64,000 bases of DNA from the NCBI GenBank assembly GCA_027604505.1, contig JADIIX010000004.1, positions 124,001 through 188,000 of the forward strand. The letters run 5' to 3'. This DNA comes from Gonapodya sp. JEL0774. Its lineage: Eukaryota. This document shows, one piece after another, positions 56,714 to 64,000 of this stretch (positions within the stretch are counted from its first letter, which is position 1; every line of letters begins with the position of its first letter). The position numbers and the translations under genes are program-made. The notes beneath the pieces are model-generated. The model worked only from the letters and a program-made list of their open reading frames with translations, was not told the origin of the DNA and did no database searches.

Positions 56714-58567
56714 TCAAATTAATCCCACTAGTAATGCGCTCACAGCTACCCCAATCCCCGCCATCAGGAACAGAAAATACACACGCCTTTGCTTTACCGT
56801 GGGAGGCAGGTGTGCAGTGGATGCTGCTGCGGCTGGCGCGTTTGCGGAGAACTGTTCTGGAAGCACGGTGTATTTCAATGTCCGGACCTGAGGTGGTGGT
56901 TTGTGTTTCAATCCTCAAACACCTGCGAGCGCCATAACTCAACGCGGCCCACATCTTGCTTCATACGAACCAGGAAGATTGCGTAAGCGACCATTGTGTA
57001 GCCAAACAATCCCATCCAAATGATCATGTACCCTCTCAAAGGTGTCATTCTGATGAACATGGTGAGTATAATACTAGGGCCAATCAATAGATTTGTCAGC
57101 TGCACTTCGAAGATTGACATATTACTTCATCACTCACCCAATGAACTTGTATCCACTAACTCCAACGACATCCCATGTGGATCCCTCCATGTTCACATTG
57201 AGCAAGTACACGCCCAGCCTGAACAGCAGTACCTCCAGGGCAACCAGGGCGAAGGCAGTTGTGGATGTAGAGCCCAATTGTGATGGGTGAAATCTGGTAT
57301 AAATGGAATTTTGGCAACTGAGAACTATCCCAAACGCGGTCTAATTAAACACGAACAACTCACTTATCCTGTTGTCCGAGTCCAACACCAACCAGTAAAA
57401 CATAAGTTACGAATGCCATGGCTTTGGACGAAGTAAGAATGCTTCACACTTGAGCCACAATATCAAAAGCAGGGGATGCGCCTAAGAGAACAACGAACCC
57501 GGTATATACAGATCTGGAGCATTCACGTCCTCTCTTGGAACTCGATAGCCCTCCACAGTGCCTTGTTGGGAACGTCGAACTTGACGTGACCAAGACTTTC
57601 ATGCGGGTTACATCATCGAGAAGAAGTTATCCAATGGTGGCAGTAAGTAAGTATGACCGAAGTACGCAAAAACGAGACACCAGCCTATACCACGCACTCG
57701 CTAGGCGTAGCAATATGAAACTCACTCCGTGACCCCATGGCGCCACCACTAGTCGAAGTTTGTTCAACACATATCGATTGGACACAGCAAAGTAGTATTT
57801 GAGGGAGGACACGTTGAGGTAAGGTTGCACCTATGAGAGTACAGTGCCGTTTAGAGATGCCACCATTGGCATCAAAGTTTACTACGCTGCCTGCTCTAGA
57901 AATTGGAACTTCCGCAATCATTTCTCGACAATAGTGTTACCAACGGATCCTCCAAACATTCACCAATGAAATTTGAATTCAAGACTCAGGCAATTCTAGG
58001 GTGCGAATTCCGCAACAAGGTAATCTGGTTCAATGCGTGGCACGAACTCACATTCTGGTTGAAATTTTCGCTCCTTTCAGCAATCATCCGAGCCGCAAAG
58101 TCCATCCCCATCTGAGCAGCCGGGTTCCCGGCCGTCAGACCCTGTACAAACTGAGAGGGGGAAAAGCTCTCGGCAATGGGCTCTGGCTGTCCCGGCTGGC
58201 TGCGACCAGCAGCGGTTGCTCCGACCGGCGAAACTCCAGCCCACCCCGGCTGAGGCTGCTGAAACAGTGCATTTGCAGCTCCGTACGAAGCTTGGCCAGG
58301 TTGCGCATAGCCAGGTCCATAAAACCCGCTCTGCGCTTGTGCTCCATACGATCCAGCTGTTGGTTGGGTGAACTGTCCAGCCTGCTGCCCGCCATACAAC
58401 CCGCCTCCATAAGCGTTGCTAGAGGTTTGCAATGGTTGTGCTCCCATCACATTACCACTAGGTTGAGGAATGGGAACCGACCGCTGGGGTTGTGGGGCGT
58501 AGAGGGGTGTCGGCGATACTGAAGAGGGAAGTGGTGGCGGCGATGGGGTTGGGCCCCAGCGAGACAT
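56714..58567 (-). CDS. YIF1: ER-Golgi transport protein Yif1, multi-exon
   Basis: P/Q/G/Y-rich N-terminus; LKYYFAVSNRYVLNKLRLVVAPW; REDVNAPDLYIP; MAFVTYVLL; FLVRTLK. Confidence 0.92.
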
Positions 58568-59082
58568 AATGCTATGTTGTATGTTGACAGACGGGTAGTG
58601 CCGATCGAGGAAGGGCCTGCTCAATGTGGTTAGGTGTGGTGGTTGTTCAGTTGTTATCGTACAATAATGTCGTGTGAGGAGTTCTGCCGCGCCGTGCACA
58701 TTTCAACTGATGTTCTCATTTCACCCACAACCAGCACAGGCTTTGGCTTGTCAGAAATGTTGTTCAAATCAAACAAGCATTGTCTTAGTACTGCGTCTGG
58801 TCCCACAGCCCAGCGTATTATGTATTTGTCTTCCAAAGTCCATAGCAGCTCCCTGAGTTTTGCCCATGCAAGTCCCTGGACCTCATTCAAAATATATGTC
58901 CGCCACTTCGTTGACACCGCTTCTCAACTTTCACAGTCGAGCAACAGTCGAACTTGGTAGTTTCCCGCGAATCGTGAATGTCCCGAAGTTCCCCACAGCA
59001 GCTACGAAGTTCAACCCACCGTGCCAAGACTTACTATCATTCTCATTCTCGCAGGCTCACATCCCATAAACCGCCAGCGAGA

Positions 59083-60475
59083 ATGCGATCGTCCGCTTCC
59101 ACCCCATTTCTCGCCCGCGACACACGCGAATCTACTCTTATCGATGCTGTTGAAAGCGGGAATGTTCAACTCGTTCGCCAGTTGCTGAGTGAAGGAACGT
59201 CTCCCAACGCCAGGAAAATCAGTGTTCTGACTGTCAACACTGGTCGCTGGGACAGAAATTCAGGGCCACCACGAACAGACTCCTCGGACGGAGAGTCCGC
59301 TCTCGCTTTAGCAATTGTTGCTGGAAACTTCGAGCTGGTGAAAGCACTACTGGAATTCAAGGCGGACCCCAATATGGCAATATCATGGCAACTGAGTGGA
59401 CTGGACCCCTGGACCGCAGATTCATGGAATAGATCCCGTTGGGCAATCAACTGGCTTTATCCGTCAAGCCTGTCCTTCGCCGTCGGCAGACTAGGACGAG
59501 TGACGAACTCTGATGGAAAAACGGTCAGCAATTGGCAATCCGATGCAGAGAACGCATTGCGCCTTCGAGTGAATAAGAGAGGTAGCTGTCCAAAGATAGT
59601 TAACCCCTCTCTGAATGCCGATCGACTAGTCGAAATTACATTCACACCGAAGATAGAAATTGTAAGCCTGCTTCTTCGATACGGAGGGAAAGTTTCTGAT
59701 GAGCTCCTGGATGCAGCACGGACATTGAAAGATCGAAAATTCTACGAGCTTCTCCTAAACCATCGAAATGAGGAAACTGAGCAACAAAGACATCGTGAGG
59801 AAGAACTCCGCATTAAAAAGGAGTGGGAAGCAATCCAGAGTCTTGTGGAAGCTGCAACACAGGTTGCTGTCAGCCAATTGAATGGCCGAATCCACGCGTT
59901 GGAGAACAAATTGGACGGCCAGGCAACTGAAATTGCAGAGATGCAACGCCTGCACCTGATTACCACGAACGCCTTGCAACGAGAAATCGCAGATTTGCGG
60001 CAACACGTTGGGTTGTCCTCACCAATTCCCATTAAACCAGATATGGCCCCACCGGTGCAAGTGAAACAAGTGCGAGAAGTGAAAATTCCTTATCAACCAC
60101 GGGAGGCGGATGAGATTGAGTTGCAGTCAGGTCAAGAGGTGTTCGTTCATTTGGAGTATGTCGATGGATGGGGACGAGGATTGTGCATTGCCACAGGTTT
60201 GTCAGTCTCCACTTTTTTCACGACTAATAGCGCTGGAAGTGTTCTTGTCATTTTAATTAGGGGCTGTCGGTTACTTTCCCATGGCAGTTGTCAGTGAGAG
60301 TGCCGGAACTGTCCCTCCACTTACGCAAAGGACAGCGTCGTTGGATCGTCCCGTGGGTCGGAGCCAACCACCCTCATCTTCCCCTGTACTTGCTGCCCTT
60401 CCCATCCATCTGGCGGTGCCTGCAGAGCAGGGTCGTATAAAGGGTATTGGCCTTGGACAAAGTAGCTCCCGTTGA
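59083..60475 (+). CDS. Ankyrin-repeat + coiled-coil + SH3 protein
   Basis: LIDAVESGNVQLVRQLLSEGTSPN; GESALALAIVAGNFELVKALLEFKADPN; coiled coil; SH3 PYQPREADEIELQSGQEVFV..DGWGRG..|GYFPM. Confidence 0.8.
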
Positions 60476-60537
60476 ACACGGTAATAACGTCAAAGAGGAG
60501 TGCATAATATTGTCCATGTTTAGTATTATTGAAATGG

Positions 60538-62595
60538 TCACACTGCGTAAACATCGTGCTCAACCTTGAGGTACTTGCAGTTCGATTTTCGCAACATCTT
60601 GCCTACATACTGCAGGCTAACTTCCTGTGGTGCCTGCACAGTACCCGGAAGACTTGGGAAGACTACCCAGCTTCGTGGGGACTCTGCCGCAGCTGTTAAC
60701 GACAGTGGCTCCCAAGGATAAGGACGATATTCTGCCAACATATTTCCTGTCGGCGTATTTTCATATTGCATTGCAACTGAGGCTTGATGACTCGTTCCAT
60801 TGTGGGGAACGTCGGGCGGATGACTTGGTTCATTGCGGAGAACGTTGGAGCTAGAATGGCATCGCATACTTAGTTCCTCTTCATTGACATTTGCGGTATA
60901 TGGTATGGCACTTCTGCTGTTGTCGCAACCGACTCTCCGTCCTCGTCCCGCATCTGTGTGGCCTGCTCCAATGTTCATATCGTCCAGCATTGTGAATTCT
61001 CGGTCTGTCACATCTGCGTGGCGGTTGTCTTGAACGGAGTCTCGTCCTGGATGTTCTGAATCTGCAGCAAGATTTGCCAACGATGACACTTGATGAGGTT
61101 CAGGCCAAACAGCACTACTTCGCATCCCAACAAGCTGTTGGTCTCCATCTGCTCTTTGCCGACTCAGGAGAGCATCAGAATCTTCTGAATCACTTGTTCC
61201 GTCGCTACTCATATTTCGGTCGCCATCTGCACACGTTCTTCCAACGACTTCACCGTACTCCGGCTTTGTTTGGACGAATTGCGCGACCTTACTTTTGTTG
61301 CGACCTGCGTGGGCGCGAAGACCAGACTTCTGGAGGAGAAGCTGTTGGTGCAGTTGATTTCGATGCGCAGATCCTGACTTTTCGGGTAGGATCGAGGTAA
61401 TGGCCGTGAGCGTAGTGGGCTGAAGGCGACTCAGACGCTCCCATGAGATTTTCACTCTAATCGCCTTCACCAAGGTGTACCCACATCACCCCATGTCTCA
61501 GCGCCCCTTCTTTTGGTCGATTTTGTCGCTCTTTGAGCTTTAGTGGTTTCTAAAAACTCTTTCGCTCCCGGAATATCTTTGGAACCACCTCCAATCTCCC
61601 ATCCTTTGATGTACCGGTCGTGAAACGACATCCAAGCACGTTCCGACCCAAAAACACGTTCGACTGGGCTAGCGGGTGCTAAAGAGTTTGAGCGCTGCCG
61701 CGAAGCACTGCTTTGAGGGTTAGAAGAGAGTCGTCTGTCGTCCGTGCCAGATTTTGCGTGGGGTGGGTTGACATCGGTTGGCAGGTATGTTTCGTATTCG
61801 AAAGAGGTTAAAGACCCGGTACCAGCGCGAAAAATCAGGTTAGATTTGCTCTTGGAAACCGTCAGAATTGGCTCGTCCCCGTGGAAGGACATGTGGGCAC
61901 CAGGCGAAGGTTCAGCACTGTGGATGATCATGAACCGGGAACGACGGTGGCAAGAAGATCCCTGATCTTCATTCGCTCCTTCTTTTCTTGCCACCTCGTT
62001 ATTTGTTCGCTCAACGAGACGGTTGAACGTGCCACCTCGATCAATCTTCAATGTTTGTGCAGATGATAACGCCACGAAGCTACGGTCCCTCGATGTTTGA
62101 TTTTGATCCATAGAGGACATAGCTAATAGATGAGAGCCACCAAGAGCAGTCGTTGATGAGTTGAGAAATAGGTGGTTGGTGGGTGCGGGGACATAACTGT
62201 TTCGGTGTGGTGTCCCACTCTTCCTTGGAACGACGATTGGGTGCAGAGCACGTAGCTAGAATGAAAAGCAATACAAAGTTGAAAAGAAGATGGAGGGAAT
62301 CCCACAGCATCCTCAGTAAACTCGCCTTCTCTTGACGGCACTTCCTTTGCCACTCCTCCCTCTCCACATTTGCCTTCATTATCCTTCTCTGCCTCTCCGC
62401 AATCACTTCTCTTGTTCGATCCACTTTCGCCACGAGTCTGATCCGTCTCTCCTCCCGTTGAAGTGCAATCTGACGACGGACTCCATTCTCAATGAGATCG
62501 AATAAGTGGGCACCAGCTTGATCGTCAGAATGATGATGCCGAACGGGGGAAGGAAATACAGTCACTGTCCGTCTATTGTCGTCTAATGAACCCAT
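60538..62595 (-). CDS. Hypothetical protein with N-terminal coiled coil; exon joins uncertain
   Basis: Consecutive long ORFs 62080-62595, 61467-62120 and 60538-61473; no recognisable domain. Confidence 0.5.
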
Positions 62596-63008
62596 CAGGT
62601 TTTGAGTGCACTAACTGATATGTGAAGATGTCACAATTGCGAGTGTGTGGGCGGACTGTACCAGAAGCAGTCCAGCCAGCAAACACGGTTGAGAAGACCT
62701 GTGCCTCTTGGCTGTCACCATAATGACCACTCATTACATATTACGGGGAGACTCCCCAGGTAAGTTCCAGTTGTCGTGATGAAACGCAGCGAGTGAGAGA
62801 GGTTCCCCGGCCCTCTTTCTCTTCCTTTCGTTCTTTGTGGACAAAACCACGGGTCCATTTTATGGACTCTCTATGTTTTGAACACCTTGCTGCTCAACAG
62901 ACGACCGGGACCTGCTGTGTTGTCTCCACACATTCATGTGTGTATTTCTGTCGCAGATAACCCTCAATGGCACACATTTCTACTTCTCATTTTCTTTGTC
63001 TTTGTCAT

Positions 63009-64000
63009 TCACATCTTAGAATTCCTTCCTGTAGGACTGACCTCCTTGTTGTATGCAAACATGTACTAGAAGAAGGGGCAACCTTCAAATGAGAATACAA
63101 CATATCGGTAGATGGGAATTGGGCATACCTGCGCAACCCGCCTCATCTGAATCTCTTCTGATCCCTCCGTGATCCTGTAACGGCGATGGTGCCTGTAGAT
63201 ATGCTCAAACGGTTTATGCCTGCTGTACCCCATCCCGCCATGTATCTGAAAATTGGAATATAAATGGGTATTGGAAAACGTGAGTTTGGTGGTGGTGCGA
63301 AAACACGGAGGGTTGACCCACTTGCATTGCACGGTCCGCTTTGTACGCATCAAACGTGGTTAGACAATCCTGTCACCCTAAACCAACCCAACACTGCTAT
63401 CAACGCACCTGCTTCACAAACGAGACGGTTGGCGCGGTAGTTGCCTGCAAGAGCATGTCGATGCATTTGATTAACACCTTCCTTTGAAAAATGGGCATCC
63501 ACTCACACATCGCCACTTTGTCACTCAAGTATTTAGCGACATCTGGTTTCGACATTGTGTCCATCTGGGCTGCCGTCTGGCGAATCAGCAATCTGAGCAT
63601 CGCTGCCTCGGTGTGGTGTTCTACCAGAGGCTGGAAGGAATACATGACCAAAAAGACCCTTAGTCGCTGACTCTGCCCGAGATGTTTTCTATCGAGTGTT
63701 ACACACCCATTGAATAGCTTGGTTCGCAGATAACGGCTTCCCAAAACTTGTGATTTGCAAAACCGTTCAACGAACGAGATCAGAAGACGTTGCGCTTGTC
63801 ATTACTCACGGTTTTCGAACTTTCGCATATTTAACGCTCTCATCCTGAGCAACGGTATTCGAGATGTAATGCAGGATGACGAAAGACTTCATTATCCACA
63901 TCAACATCTGACAGCAAGCGAAAACCCACAATGCAATACTGCGCAGCGCCAAGAGAGCTAGCTGCCTGACGAATTCTGTTCTCGTGGACAAAGTGTTGTG
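63009..64000 (-). CDS. Acyl-CoA dehydrogenase, 3' part, multi-exon
   Basis: HENRIRQAASSLGAAQYC; ARTLSDKVAM-type segment LSDKVAMCNYRANRLVCEA; QIHGGMGYSRHKPFEHIYRHHRRYRITEGSEEIQMRRVA. Confidence 0.9.

Overview
Intron-rich eukaryotic DNA from a zoosporic (flagellated, chytrid-like) fungus. The taxonomic call is an inference from LYS12 (fungal alpha-aminoadipate pathway) co-occurring with the ciliary genes kinesin-2 and DNAAF2/kintoun. Because of introns the ORF track fragments the genes, so I rebuilt gene spans by eye from GT-AG junctions and boundaries are approximate. About 27 protein-coding loci, in order: FAD oxidoreductase, sulfite oxidase, LYS12, two tandem cytochrome b5-fused sphingolipid delta-8 desaturases, GT49 glycosyltransferase, COG4, cyclophilin E, COX6A, TMEM243, thioesterase, kinesin-2, eIF3e, two tandem CaMK-like kinases, RPL6, OS9, p23, DNAAF2, GUF1, HAUS6, YIF1, an ankyrin-SH3 protein, an acyl-CoA dehydrogenase and several hypotheticals. 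The most unusual signal is a strong G/C-skew oscillation locked to exon-intron structure in local domains (about 13.3-20.7 kb and 36.4-41 kb): introns run G-rich to C-rich and exons run C-rich to G-rich, even at synonymous codon positions. Also notable are a hairpin-containing 212-bp tandem repeat in a cyclophilin intron, intron gain/loss and a microexon between the kinase paralogs, and candidate structured intronic RNAs. No tRNA, rRNA, CRISPR array or transposase was recognised.
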